Translations under genes and position numbers: made by a program | Shown here: positions 27,150 through 39,905 of the stretch, in pieces | How the letters are laid out: every line of letters starts with the position of its first letter | How positions within the stretch are numbered: position 1 is the stretch's first letter | The notes under the pieces: model-generated | The model's database searches: none | Seen by the model: the letters and a program-made list of their open reading frames with translations, nothing else | What the model was told of the DNA's origin: nothing | Assembly (NCBI GenBank): GCA_951406725.2 | Contig: OX597817.1 | Span: forward strand, 74,400,001-74,464,000 | Source: Octopus vulgaris | Lineage: Eukaryota | Direction: 5' to 3' | Length of the DNA stretch: 64,000 nt

Positions 27150-29027
27150 GGATATGAAGACAAGGAAAGCCCCCAGCCCATCTGAGATGATTAAAATATC
27201 TGGCAGAGTAGTTACCCATGTAGTTCATCAGATTGTCCACAAAGGAGTCATACCCAACAATTGATGCAGCTGCATTATAGTCAACAGCTACAAAGCAAAG
27301 GAGACACTTTAGGAATAATTACAGAGACATCAGATTGCAGGACCAGGAGATGAGAGTCATAGCAAGAGTCATAGCTCAATTAATTAGGAAGTGAGTTGGG
27401 GCAGATGAGATGCAGTTCAGATTTGTGCTAGACAGGAGCATGACCGATGCTATATTCCTAGTTAGGCAACTGCAGGAAAAATATGTAGCCAAAAATAAAC
27501 CCCTGTACCTGGCTTTTGTCAACACAGAGAAAGCCTTTGACAGAGTCCCCTGCTCCTTTATCTGATGATCAATGTGGAAGCTAAGGATAAATGAGTGGTT
27601 GGTGAGAGCTGTACAAGCTATGTACAGGGATGTTGTCATTAAGGTGAAGGTTAGCAATGAGTATAGCAAGGAATTCAGGGTACAAGTAGGGATTCACCAA
27701 GGATCGGTCCTCAGCCCCTTCTTGCTCATCATAGTCCTCCAGGCAATAACAGAGCTCCTAGGAGCTCCTTTAAGCTGATGACCTTGTTCTTAGAGTCAAA
27801 TCACCACCAGGACTAGAAAAAAAATTTCAGGTGGGGAAGCAAAGTCTCAAATCAAAGTGTCTTAGAATTAATCTAGCAAAAACCAAAGTCTTAGTAAGTA
27901 GGAGAGCAGACAAATCACAAATCCCTTCAGGTAGATGGCCCTGCTCAATCTGTAGTAGGTAGAAACTCCATAACATGTACCTGGTGTAAGCTATGGACAC
28001 ATAAAAGGTGCAGCAATATCAGAGGAATGTTAACAAGGAAAATAGATTTTGTGTGTGGAAGGTGCACAGTTACAATTAACTCTGAAAATGTACAGAAAAT
28101 AGACTTAATCAAATGCCAGCAGGGAAAACTAAAAGTAGTTGACAGCTTCCATTTCCTATGTGACCAAGTTAGTAGCAGAGGTAGATGCTCCAAAGAGCAT
28201 AGCTGCTAGAATAACAATAGGCTGGGCAAAGTTCAGAGAGCTCCTACCGCAGTTGGTAACAAAGGGTCTATCCCAACAGCTATGCTACATGGGAGTGAAA
28301 CATGGGACATACATAGGATTGTAAGAAATAAAGCTAATAGGCTTCGCTGGATGTATAATGTCAGTGTGCGTGAATGACAGAGTGTAAGCATCTTGAGAGA
28401 AAAGTTGGGCATAAAAGGCATCAGATGTGGTGTACAAGAGAGGCAACTGTGCTGGTATGGTTATGTGATGCGTATAGTCGAGAAGTGCTGAACTCTAATG
28501 GTGGAGGGAACCTATGGAAGAGGTAGACCAAGGAAGATATGGGACAAGGTGGTGAAGCATGATCTTTGAATACTAGGCCACACAGAAGTAATGACAAGTA
28601 ATTGAGACCATTGGCTATATGCAATGTTTGAGAAGACCCATCAAACCAAGTGAGAATGTAGTCATGGCCAATGCCAGTGTCGCAAAACTGGCTCATAAAA
28701 AGCACTCTTCAAATGTTGGGCGATATGCCATGCTTGTGAAGATCTGTTGAACTGAGTGAAATTGTAGTCATGGCCTAGCTAATCCAGTATCATGTAACTG
28801 ACACCCATGCTGGTGGCATGTAAAAAACACCATTTGACTATTGGGCCTCGCGGAGACAATGACAAATGACCAGAACCTTTGGTGGTATACTGTGCTTCAG
28901 AGGACCTGTCAAGCCGAGTGAAATCATAGTCATGGCTGATGCCAGTGTTACGTTTTCAGTTAAACCATTCAACTCATGCCAGCATGGAAAAGTACGTTAA
29001 ATGATGATGATGATGATGATGATGATA
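27150..29027 (+). mobile_element. Decayed RTE-clade LINE (RT with PHD-like insert, 3' UTR, (GAT)n tail)
   Basis: TDAIFLVRQLQEKY, EKAFDRVP, GIHQGSVLSPFL, ADDLVL, GRPRKIW motifs. Confidence 0.85.
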
Positions 29028-29154
29028 CTTACATAGATATATAAATACATACACACACACAAAAAGAAAGCAACAACAACAATTATTGTGGGTATGTTTA
29101 TGTAAGTGTAAACAAGAGGAAGAAAAGGGAGTACTCAGTATCAAATTATCATTA

Positions 29155-29213
<59 letters not shown>

Positions 29214-30529
29214 GGGTTCAAACCCAGGCAGCAACAAAAAATTTCACCCACCACACTTTTCCATCCATTATCACTACCTCAAGGTCCTGGATACATCCCA
29301 GGAGGCCAATGTCTGCAATCAAATTGTTGATGTAAGTGTGCTATTTTACTCTTCTAATATCACCATGAAGTGGGTTCCACAAGACTGATTTGGATGTCTC
29401 CAGTACTGGGTGGTGCATGCAGTGACCAGATAGTCACAGCCACCTTTGCCTGATCTTCTCACTAACTTTTGCCAGGTCTCCATAAAGGCATTTATTTGTC
29501 ATATGTTGCTGTCATTTCACATTTAGGCTCATTCATATCACCTTTGTGTAGTATCCATTTAGCCTGTTTGATAATTCCTTTATCAGTGTCCATATTGAAA
29601 ATACAGTTAAAAAGATTTTAACTTTTGAAAATAGTTAAAAATATTGAAAATAGAGTTGAGATATAGAGTTAAAAAGGCAGCTAGAACTTCACATATCCTC
29701 ACCAAATTCTTCTTTCTCCCCTCGCCGTCTCTCTCCCCTCTCTCCCCCTCTCTCTCCCCTCCATTTCTCTCTTCCTCTCTCTCTGTCTCTTGAGCTATGT
29801 TCCAGTATTCAGAAATATGCTATAGTGTTTTCTATTCCCAAGAAAGATAACTCTTCCAACTCTATCAACTCATACTAACACAGACTTATCCATTATCTCA
29901 AAGGTGATGGACGCGACCATCGGCAGCAGCTTAAATCTCATTCTCTTCTCAATAATATCAGTGCAGCATGGTTGTGATAAGAAGCTCGCTTCCAAACAAC
30001 ATGGTTCTGGGTTCAGTCTCACTAGGTAGTATCTTGGGCAAATGTCTTCTACTATAGCCTCAGGCTGTCCAAAGTCTTGTGAGTGGATTTGGTAGGCAGA
30101 AACTGAAAGAAGCCTGTCGTATATAGATTTGTGTGTATGTGTGTGGGTGTCTTTGTGCCTGTGTTTGTCCCCTACCATCACTTGACAACCAGTGTTGGTT
30201 TGTTTACATTCCTGAACTTAGCAGTTCAGCAAAGAGAGACCAACAGAATAAGTACCAGGCTTAACAAAACAATAAGTACGGGAGTCAATTCATTCAACAA
30301 AAAATTCTTCTGGGCAGTGCCCCGGCATGGCCACAGTCTATTGACTGATACAAATAAAAGATAAAAGATAGACGCAGGAGTGGCTATGTGGTAAGAAGCT
30401 TGCTTCCCAACCACATGGTTCTGGGTTTAGTCCCACTGTGTGACACCTTGGGCAAATGTCTTCTACTATAGCCACAGGCCAACCAAAGACTTGTGAGTGG
30501 ATTTGGTAGATGGAAACTAAAAGAAACCC

Positions 30530-30570
<41 letters not shown>

Positions 30571-30665
30571 ACCTTCAACTTCTGTTCTTTCAATATGTGA
30601 TCTCTTGAGCACCACCAGCTCAAATATTTTCTCCTCTGTCTTCCCTCCTTGGGTCTTTCCTTCTC

Positions 30666-30733
30666 CTTGTTTCCGATGAAGAGCTCCGCTTGAAACGTTA
30701 AACCCTCTTCCCTTCTTTCCTGAGCGTCAATAA
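30666..30733 (+). ncRNA. Degenerate hammerhead-like motif in a PLE-type repeat
   Basis: CCGATGA-a-gagc/gctt stem-GAAACG...CGTC; core has U4C and stem I pairs poorly. Confidence 0.35.
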
Positions 30734-30810
30734 TACTTTAATTGTTCCACGTCCTGCGTTGCTGTGTTTTTTTCTCTTTTTTTCTGTGTTTTCTTGTTTG
30801 GATTAACTTT

Positions 30811-30907
<97 letters not shown>

Positions 30908-30937
30908 GAGTTAGATACATACATACATACATATATA

Positions 30938-31525
30938 TAGGGGTTGGACAAAATAATGGAAACACCTAGCATCATAGCATCATAGTTTTGAAATATCTAT
31001 AAAACCATCAGAAGTTTGTTAATTTTTGTTTTTTATTATTAGTGTTGCTTAATATGTTTTGCTAAAATTGCTGGAGTTTTTTTTTCAGATATCATCAGAA
31101 AAAGGTAATTAAAATTCATTAAAATGACAGATCTATCAGATTTTCAAAAAGGTCAAATTGATGGTGCTCATATAGCAGGCACTAGCATAACGAAAACAGC
31201 CAAAATGTTTGATGTATCAAGAAGTACTGTCTCAAAAGTAATGACAGCCTTTGAGAAAGAGGGGAAAACCTCATCATCAAAACAAAACTCCGGAAGAAAA
31301 CCAAAACTTTCAGATAGGGACTGTTGGACCCTTAAGCAAATTGTTAGAAAGGATCACAAAAGTACAGCTCCTAAAATTACTGCAGAGCTTAATGACCACC
31401 TCAAGAACACAGTTTCTACAAAAACTATTTGCCAGGAACTGCACAAAGTTGAATTTCATGGGAGGGCTGTAATCAGAAAGCAATACTTTCAAGAACGAAC
31501 ATTGCAAAGTGTTTAGAGTGGAGAA
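30938..31525 (+). mobile_element. Truncated Tc1-like transposon (left TIR and N-terminal HTH domains)
   Basis: TIR-like taggggttggacaaaataatggaaacacc after TA; ORF 31124-31516 with DLSDFQKGQI, SRSTVSKV, SGRKPKLS; no DDE domain. Confidence 0.85.
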
Positions 31526-31676
31526 TATAAATAAAACATAAAAAACAGACAGAGTTGGAATTCCTTTGAATAATATATATATATGATTGATTGATTGATT
31601 GATTGATTCCAGTTTCAGCTTATGAGCTGTGGCCATGCTGGGGCACCGCCATTTGGTGTTGCTACTTGGTTTCACT

Positions 31677-34633
31677 TCATGGAGGCTTTCTAGCAACTGC
31701 TATTTGGTGCATGAGAGAGTTCGATGCAGCTGCCCTCATCTGCCCCTCCTGCCGTGAAGTTGGTTCATCTGGGACACCTGACAGGAAGAGATCCAGCTCC
31801 ATTTTAAAGACATCTGTATCCACCCCATGCAGGTCTCTCAGGTTCATCGGGAGGATATTGAAGAGCTGTGGGCCTCGGAAGCCCAGGCTATCACAGAATC
31901 TTGTCCTACATCTTGATGGCAAGTTTGGAGTCCTAGGCACCACGCAGTGGCGCCCAGTTCTGGCGTTTGCGTAACTCTCGATGCCAAAGTTCAGGACACT
32001 TCCCTCCAGGATCTTCCAGATGTATATTATGGCATATCTTTCCCGCCTACGCTCCAGGGAATATAATTTTAATCTCTTGAGTCTTTCCCAGTAGCTTACA
32101 TTCTGCATAGAGGCTATCTTCTTCGTGTAGCTTCGTTGGATCACCTCAAGTTCTGTGATCAACTTGACACTGGATGGTGACCATAGCTGAGAGCAATAGT
32201 CAAAGTGACTTAGGACAAGTGTCTTCCAGAGGACCATCATGGTTTCTTGTTCTCTTGTTCTAAAGGTTCTAAGAATCCAGCCAGCCAGCCGTCTGCATTT
32301 CATTGTCAGTTTAGCAACATGTACATGAAAGGTCGCGTCATCACTCATGTGAATACCCAGGTCACGCACTGATTGTGCCTCTGGGATTGCAATCCCTCCG
32401 GGTCCAGTGTATTCCTTGGGTATTGCATTCAGTTTTGCATGCTGATAGTATAAAGCTTGAAACTTTTCAGCATTGAACTGCATGCTATTCTTTTCAGCCC
32501 ACTTGTATATTTCGTCCAGCTCATATTGCAGGTGCCTAGTGTCTTCAGGGTTCTGTATTGCCTGTGAAACTTTTGTATCATCTGCATAACTTGTGATCGT
32601 GGCTCTCCGCGTGGCTGAGGGCATGTCTGAGAGGGCCATTATGAACAGTAGTGGTCCCAAAACAGTGCCCTGTGGAACACCGCTCACTATTTGCGTGCTA
32701 ATGGAAGTGGCCCCATTGGCTACTACCACCTGACTTCTATTCTTCAGAAAGTCGTGAAGCCATTCTCCTAGTTTTCCAACTATGCCAAGATCACGCAGTT
32801 TGTGACATATCATTCCATGATCGACTTTATCGAAGGCCTTTGCGAAGTCGAGATATATGACTTCCACATTTGAGTGGTTGAGCAGTTGTTTCAGCACCCA
32901 GTCATAGTGCTGCAGGAGCTGAGTTAAGCAGCTTCTTCCTGGTCGGAAACCATGTTGGGTGTCAGGCAGTAAGTCATTTTCTTCAAGGAAGGTGATTAGT
33001 TTCCTTCTGACTATTCGTTCCATGACCTTGCTGATGTGTGAGGTCAGAGAGATAGGTCTGTAGTTCTTGGCCTCCGCTCTGCTACCTCCTTTATGAATAG
33101 GGCATATTTTACCTTCCTTCAGTTTTCTTGGAAGTTTGCCAGCTGCAAGGAAGCTCTGAAAGAGGAACTGCAGTGGTCTTGCTAAGACTCTCTTACATAC
33201 TTTTAGGAGGATTGCCGGGAATCCATCGGGGCCAATAGCTGAGTCTATTTTCATTTCATCTATAGCCTTTATTACATCGTCTTCCTTTATATCAATGTAA
33301 TTTAACGTCGCCGCCTCTGATTCTATATCTGCAGTGGTAAAAAAGTCAGTTGGATTGCTGATTTGGAAATGCCCAAGGGGTGGAGTGAAAACAATCTTGA
33401 ATTGTTCATTCAGTATTTCACTTACCCTCATTGGTTTTCCTGTGAGTGTGCCATCCTTTTCAAGGAGTGGCCCTATCCTACAGTGCACCGTAGCTGTTTC
33501 TTTGGCATACCTGTAGAAAGCTCTGGGGTTAGTTTTTATGTTGTCTATAGCCCAGGCTTCTTTGTCTGCTCTTTCCTTCTCATGGGAGAGTTGCAGACAA
33601 TTTTCAATTTCCAACAGTTTTATTTTCAGGCGGGACTTTTCACTGCTTTCAATTTGTTTGTTTAGGCGATTTGAGATTTTTGTGCGCCGTCTCATTAAAA
33701 TTTTTCTCTCTCTGGGGATTTTGTTCTTGTGTACAGTGGCCTTTCTCTCTGGGACACATTTGTAGCATATGGCTTGCATTACGGACATGAATTGTTGAAG
33801 TATCATGTCGATGTCCGGCGAGGAGAGACATTCAGGCCAGTTTTGTTTGAGGATCTCTTTCTCAATTTGTTTCCAGTTTGCCTTATTGAAGTTCAAGCTG
33901 GAAAGATTCTGAGGGTTTCTTGTAGGCTGCATGTCCGTGCTCTCTTTTGGCCCGTACATGGTCAGCTCTACCATGTTGTGATCCGAGAGTAGTGTCGGTG
34001 TCACTTTCACATTATGGATGAGATCCATATTATTTGTGAAGCAGAGATCCAGTGTGTTACCCGCTCTGGTTGGTTGGAGTATTACTTGCTCCATGTACAG
34101 GGTGTTGGTGAGGTTCAGGAGGGACCTCGCCTGTCCTCGTTCACATCTTGTCATTCCTGGGAGAGAAAGGCCCTCGGGCCATCTGACATTCGGTAGATTG
34201 AAGTCTCCCATGAGAAGTACACTTATGTGTTGTTCTAATGTGGTTAGAACTTCTATTTTTAAAAGGCAGTCCTCAAACTTGCCCATATGACTTGGGGCAT
34301 CTGGAGGGCGATATGTAGCACACACAACTACATCAAGTTGCCTTATGTGTACAATTAGTGTGTCACACACCGAGTTTGAGTATGACAAAAGGACCTGGGG
34401 TGTGAGGTCCCCACGGATGTACATAGCAACTCCTCCATGACTTCTTTCTTTCCTGTCGGTCCGTAGTACAACATACTGTGGTATGTGTAATTCCGCATCT
34501 GCTATGTCCGGTTTCAGATGCGTTTCTGTGAGTGCTATGCATAAGGCTTGATTGCATGCGACAAAGTCTCTCAGGAACGGGACTTTTGTCCTGTTACCTG
34601 TGTTAGTAGTCCTCTGATGTTCAGTAGGAGCAT
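31677..34633 (-). CDS. LINE ORF2, APE endonuclease plus reverse transcriptase; one -1 frameshift near 34600
   Basis: 915-aa open frame (GDFNLP, SDHN, YLDFAKAFDKV, GVPQGTVLGP, YADD, SLERRRERY) stays open upstream through IALTETHL; MLLLNIRGL lies in the adjacent frame. Confidence 0.92.
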
Positions 34634-35510
34634 CGAGGTGAGGTGTATGCTGTTGCCGGTGGTGTCCACCCTGGGTCCATCTGCTGTGGCGGTCTTGTGA
34701 ACCGTGGGCAGTTCCATCTGCGAGCCTGAGCCTGATGGAGCCAGGTTAGCTGCTCTACAATCTTTTGTGCCATGCACAAAAAAGATTCCTGCTCAGCAGC
34801 TGCCCTTTCAACAACACGTTGGTGGTTTGTGGTACGCACCACATCTGCGTACCTCCGTTTTGGGGCCGGTGATGCGTGGTCCATCCCATTTCCTTTCGGT
34901 GGTTGGTTTCTGTGGCAGGGTCCCGGATGTGCAAAGCGGCAGCCTGCACCTTCCTCTCCATGCCGGCAGGCACCTTTCAGGTAGAACCTACATACCCGTG
35001 TGCGCTGCTTGTTTCCATCCTTTTTGGCATATGGACAGTTAGGTTTGCCTCTATCCCTGGCTGCCTTGCCCCTTGGCTTTGTCTGAGTTTTAGCTTCAGT
35101 TTTCCTCTTTTTTTGGCCTCTTCATCTCCATGTCCATGGCTTTTGGTGCCGGTAGGAGCATCCGTACCTGGGTTCACCTCCCGGGCAGGCCTCTCGCTGG
35201 AGTTTTCTTCCTGGGCGTCCACCAGGTGGGGGTGACCCTCCTCATCTGCGCCCGCGTCTCCATCCTTGCCATCTTTACTTTGTTCGTGTTTTTCGCTGTT
35301 AAAAATGGCATCCAGTGTGTTTATGTGCGATCTGACAAGTGCGTATGAGCGTACGAACTCTTGCCTCTTCCGCTCTATTTGTGCTGACGTCCTTTTGAAT
35401 CCTTTGTTTCTTAGTGCTGCCGCAATTATGTTACTTGGACTTTCTCCGTCAGCGCATTGCCATCCTCGCAGGAACCACGCCAGTTCATCACGTTTCCAAG
35501 CTCTGGACAT
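34621..35510 (-). CDS. LINE ORF1, Myb/SANT-like N-terminus plus CCCH finger; one -1 frameshift at the A7 run (35108-35114)
   Basis: Frame 35510-34977 gives WKRDELAWFL...IAAALRNKGFKRTSAQIERK; the -1 frame after the A run gives CRFYLKGACRHGEEGAGCRFAH and runs into ORF 34884-34621. Confidence 0.7.
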
Positions 35511-36474
35511 TCTTGATATATTATCTATCTATCTAATTATGTTAAGTTATATTAATCCAATAGTAGGCGGGTAATAGAGAAAGAGAGCGTCTATGTACTT
35601 AAGGAGAGATTGGGAGCCAAGAGAAGAGAGCAAGAGAGAAGAGGAAGAGGAGAGATATTTTGTCTATCTATCTATCTATCTAATTATATTAAGTTATATT
35701 AATCCAATAGTGCAATAGGGGGGTAGGGGGGTAATAGAGAAAGAGAGCGTCCATGCACTTAAGGAGAGATTGGGAGCCAAGAGAAGAGAGCAAGAGAGAA
35801 GAGGAAGAGGAGATACTGAGTGCTGAAGGAAGATAGAGAAAGCCTCTATGCCCTCAGAGAGAGATTGAGAGCTGAGAGAGGAGAGCTGAGACAGACAGAG
35901 AAGCGCAAGGGAGAGAACCGAAGAGACAGACAGAGAGATTTGAAGAGACAGACAGAATTCTAAACGAAGCTATTGGGCCAAGGAGGGGCGCAAGGGAGAG
36001 AACTGTAGAGACAGACAGAGAAGCGCAAGGGAGGGAACTAAAGAGACAGACAGAGAAGGGCAAGGGAGAGAACTGAAGAGACAGATAGAATTCTAAACGA
36101 AGCTATTGGGACATACACATGTATACACACACACACACATACACACATGTACACACGTGTGCACATGCACATATATAGACAAGAGTAACAAGTGAGTATA
36201 TAAAGAAACAATAATAATAATGAAACATATATAAACATATATTACAAAACATATATAAACATATATTACAAAAGTAATAATAGTAAGAAATTATAAGACA
36301 ATAATAATAATAAAAATAAAAATAAAACAGCTGAAAGAAAACAGGCCAGGAGGTTTTACAGAGTTTATATATATATATGTAGTATATACATACACACATG
36401 TATATATAAAATACACACACATATATACACACACATATATTTAATAAGTGATAATAATAATAGATAATAAAATA

Positions 36475-36532
<58 letters not shown>

Positions 36533-36690
36533 ATTAAATAATAATAATAAAACAGCTGAAAGAAAACAAGCCAAGAGATTTTACAGAGTTTGTACATATA
36601 CATATAATATATACACACACATACATATACAATACATATACACACACATATATATCTAAGCAGAGGAAAAGAGATATATATATATATATA

Positions 36691-37603
36691 CTAGCAGTAT
36701 CGCCCGGCGTTGCTCGGGTTTGTAAGGGAAATAACTATATAAGCATTTTTAGTGAGTTATAGCAAAATAATAGCAAAAAATGCATTAAAAATGGAATAAA
36801 AAATGATGGTAATTTTTTTTTTAAATCGTTGACTCATCGTAGACATTTTTAGAGAGTTACTTCCCTTATATAATAGCGAAAAATGCATTAAAATTGAATA
36901 AAAAATTATGGTAATTTTTTTTTAATCGTTGACTCATCATAGACGCGCGCTAATACCCAGAAGGGCTCGATATGAATCACGACTATAAGATACCCGGTTT
37001 TGGTTACACTGCACCGCAAAATATGGGAGTAGTTAGGAATCTAAATCGTAGGAGACAGACACACAACCTTACTTTTATATATAAAGATTTGTGCAACAAC
37101 TAAAACATTCGGTTGTGCAAATTGTTTGCACAGGAAACCTGCCCTGTGTGGCGGTAATTGCCGTTTTTGTCAATCTATTTCAGCTTTTTTAGCGATTTCT
37201 GTTTTGGCGACTTCAAGCCATGAAGTCGTTGTTCTAAAAGAACGCTGGTCTCCTTGACAACGCATTACGACGTTGATTTCCTTACACTCCCTTCCCCACA
37301 GCTTCACGAGGGAGGGAAGAAGGGAGAGAAGCAACACAGGTGCAGATGTGAGCGTGGACGCCAACTCCGCCGCCATCGACACACGAAAAAATATGCATTA
37401 AAATGGAATAAAAAATGATGTTAAATTATTTTTAAAATCGTAGACTCATCGTAGACGCGCGCTAATACCCAGACGGGCTCGATATGAATCCCGACTATAA
37501 GATACCCGAATTTGGTTAAACTGCACCGCAAAATGTGGGAGTAGTTAGGAATCTAAATCGAAGGGGACAGACACTCACACAACTACAGTTTTATAAATAT
37601 AGA
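36691..37603 (-). mobile_element. Compound non-autonomous Helitron with two 5' ends
   Basis: CTAG and hairpin cccggcgttgctcggg at 36691-36718; 5'-TC ends at ~37087 and 37603. Confidence 0.75.
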
Positions 37604-37607
37604 TATA

Positions 37608-38113
37608 TCTATATATATAAAACTCTAGTTGTGTGAGTGTCTGTCCCCTTCGATTTAGATTCCTAACTCCTCCCACATTTTGCGGTGCAGTTTAACCAAA
37701 TTCGGGTATCTTATAGTCGTGATTCATATCGAGCCCGTCTGACTATTAGCGCGCGTCAACGATGAGTCTACGATTTTAAAAATAATTTAACATCATTTTT
37801 TATTCCATTTTAATGCATAAAATGCATCGTATGTCGATGGCGGCGGGAGTTGGCGTCCACGCTCACAGCTGCACCTGTTTGCTTCTCCCCTTCCCTCCCT
37901 CGTGAAGCTGTGGGGAAGGGAGTGTAAAGAAATCAACGTCGTAATGCGTTGTGAAGGAAACCAGCGTTCTTTTAGAACAACGACTTCATGGCTTGAAGAC
38001 ACCAAAACAAAAATGGCTAAGAAAGCCCGAATTTATAAGGGAAGTAACTCTCTAAAAATGCTTATATAGTTATTTCCCTTACAAACCCGAGCAACGCCGG
38101 GCGATACTGCTAG
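37608..38113 (+). mobile_element. Non-autonomous Helitron, same family, head-to-head with the previous copy
   Basis: TC start, cccgagcaacgccggg hairpin, CTAG end followed by T. Confidence 0.8.
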
Positions 38114-39030
38114 TATAGAATAAAATTAATATATGCAGCTATAAGTGATTTAACTCTTATTTCTAGCAATATATGTACTTGTACCACATGCAGTCACAGT
38201 TTGTGACGACTATATGTATACACACACACACATACACACACACTCACACACATGTAACAGACATACAGACAGATAGATAGACAGATCATCATCATCTTCA
38301 TTATTTAACGTCCATTTTCCATACTGGTATGGGTTGAACCGTTTGAAGGAAGCTGGCAAGCCAGAAGACTGTATGGAATTCTACTGTTAGTTTTGGCATG
38401 GTTTCACTGGCTGGATGCCCTTCCTAATACCAACCACTTTACAGAGTGTACTGAGTGCCTTCTACATGGCACCTGCACCAGTGAGGTTACCAACTTAATT
38501 TTCAAGGCAAATAACCCTCAATTGAGGCACAAAGCCACCTCCCTCAGAACCACTTTCCCACAACAGAGAGTAGGGGTAGTGTTGAGTGTAGTGGCATTGT
38601 ACCAGGTGGTACACGACTGAGGAACAGAAACAGGTGTCTTGCTATCAAGGTGATACATGGCTAATACAGTAGAAGAGAGACAGACAAACAGACAGAGAGA
38701 ATGATGGAGAGACAGAGAGACAGAGAGAGAGAAATAAGATGATGTTGATGTGCCAGGGCATACCCTTGAGGTATGAGGTGATGAATGTAAGTGGAGTTTA
38801 TGGAGCACTGGACAGGGTGAATGAGCAGGAAGTTCATGAGAGTGCAAAGGTGAAGAGGGAAGGATAAGGGAATGCAGTGAGTGGTTAACACAGATATATA
38901 AGAAAGTCACAGGATAACAATGAAGCAATTGGCAAAAGGGAGGACAGAAGTGAGAGATGACAAAGCAGTGTTGGACTGCAAGATCAGAGTGGAGGAGCAA
39001 TATAGATATAATTATAGGTATACATTTATA

Positions 39031-39905
39031 CGAGGTGGTATCAAAAAGTTCCTGGATTAGTTCTCTAGCATATCAACAGATGGCAGCATATGGTTGTGTG
39101 CACAATGAGAGCTACAGTGACCTTCAGGAGGTCTGTTTACTTTGCAAGTTGTGGAATTTGTGCTTTTGTGATCCCATGCATGCTGTAGCCTGTGATTTTT
39201 ATTATGGACAGGAAGTAGGAACAAAGAACCAATGTAAAATTTTGAATTAAACTTGGGAAGTCTGCAACAGAGACATTGAGCATCCTTCAACAAGCTTACA
39301 GCAATGAGGCAATGGGTTGTACGCAATGCTTCGAGTGGCACGGGCGCTTGGAAAGGCACAACAGAGCTACAACTCAATCAAGAGCATACACGTCATTTTT
39401 TTTTTTTGATATCCACAGTATTGTGCATCGAGAATTCATCCTCCAGGGCCAGACTATCACTCAAGAGTTCTACTGCAATGTTTTGAAGCATTAGAGGGAA
39501 GACATTTCAGGAAAGTGACCAGATCTGTGGAGTGTGAAGAATAGAATTCTTCACCAAGCTCCTCACTTGTGTGTTTCTCATCAAAAGCAACAAGGTATTG
39601 CTTCTGTACCTGCCCTGTTCACCAAATTTAGCACCTGTAGACTTCCATTTCTTCTTCAAGATGAAAATGCAGCTCAGAAGTCATCATTTTAACAATGTTG
39701 TCAAGATCCAGAGTGCATCATAGAAGGTCCTCGATTCACTTACAGGAAACAACTTCCAGGCCAGATTCAAAAAATGGCAGGAATGCTGGGACCGGTGTAT
39801 TTCTGTGCAAGGTGACTATTTCAAAGGAAATGATGTTAAAACTTAGGTAAATAAGTTATTTTTTATTAAACATAACTAGGATGGAAACCTTTTGATACCA
39901 CCTTG
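39031..39905 (+). mobile_element. Internally deleted mariner, TA TSD
   Basis: TIRs CGAGGTGGTATCAAAA / TTTTGATACCACCTTG; FFDIHSIVHREF and SPNLAPVDF (YSPDLAP-like) fragments. Confidence 0.85.

Larger units (their letters stand above)
31584..36650 (-). mobile_element. Near full-length CR1-group LINE, antisense in AGMO intron 1
   Basis: (AATC)n tail at 31584-31608, ORF2 (APE+RT), ORF1, and a GA/TC-rich tandemly duplicated upstream region (35520-36650; 5' boundary uncertain). Confidence 0.9.
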
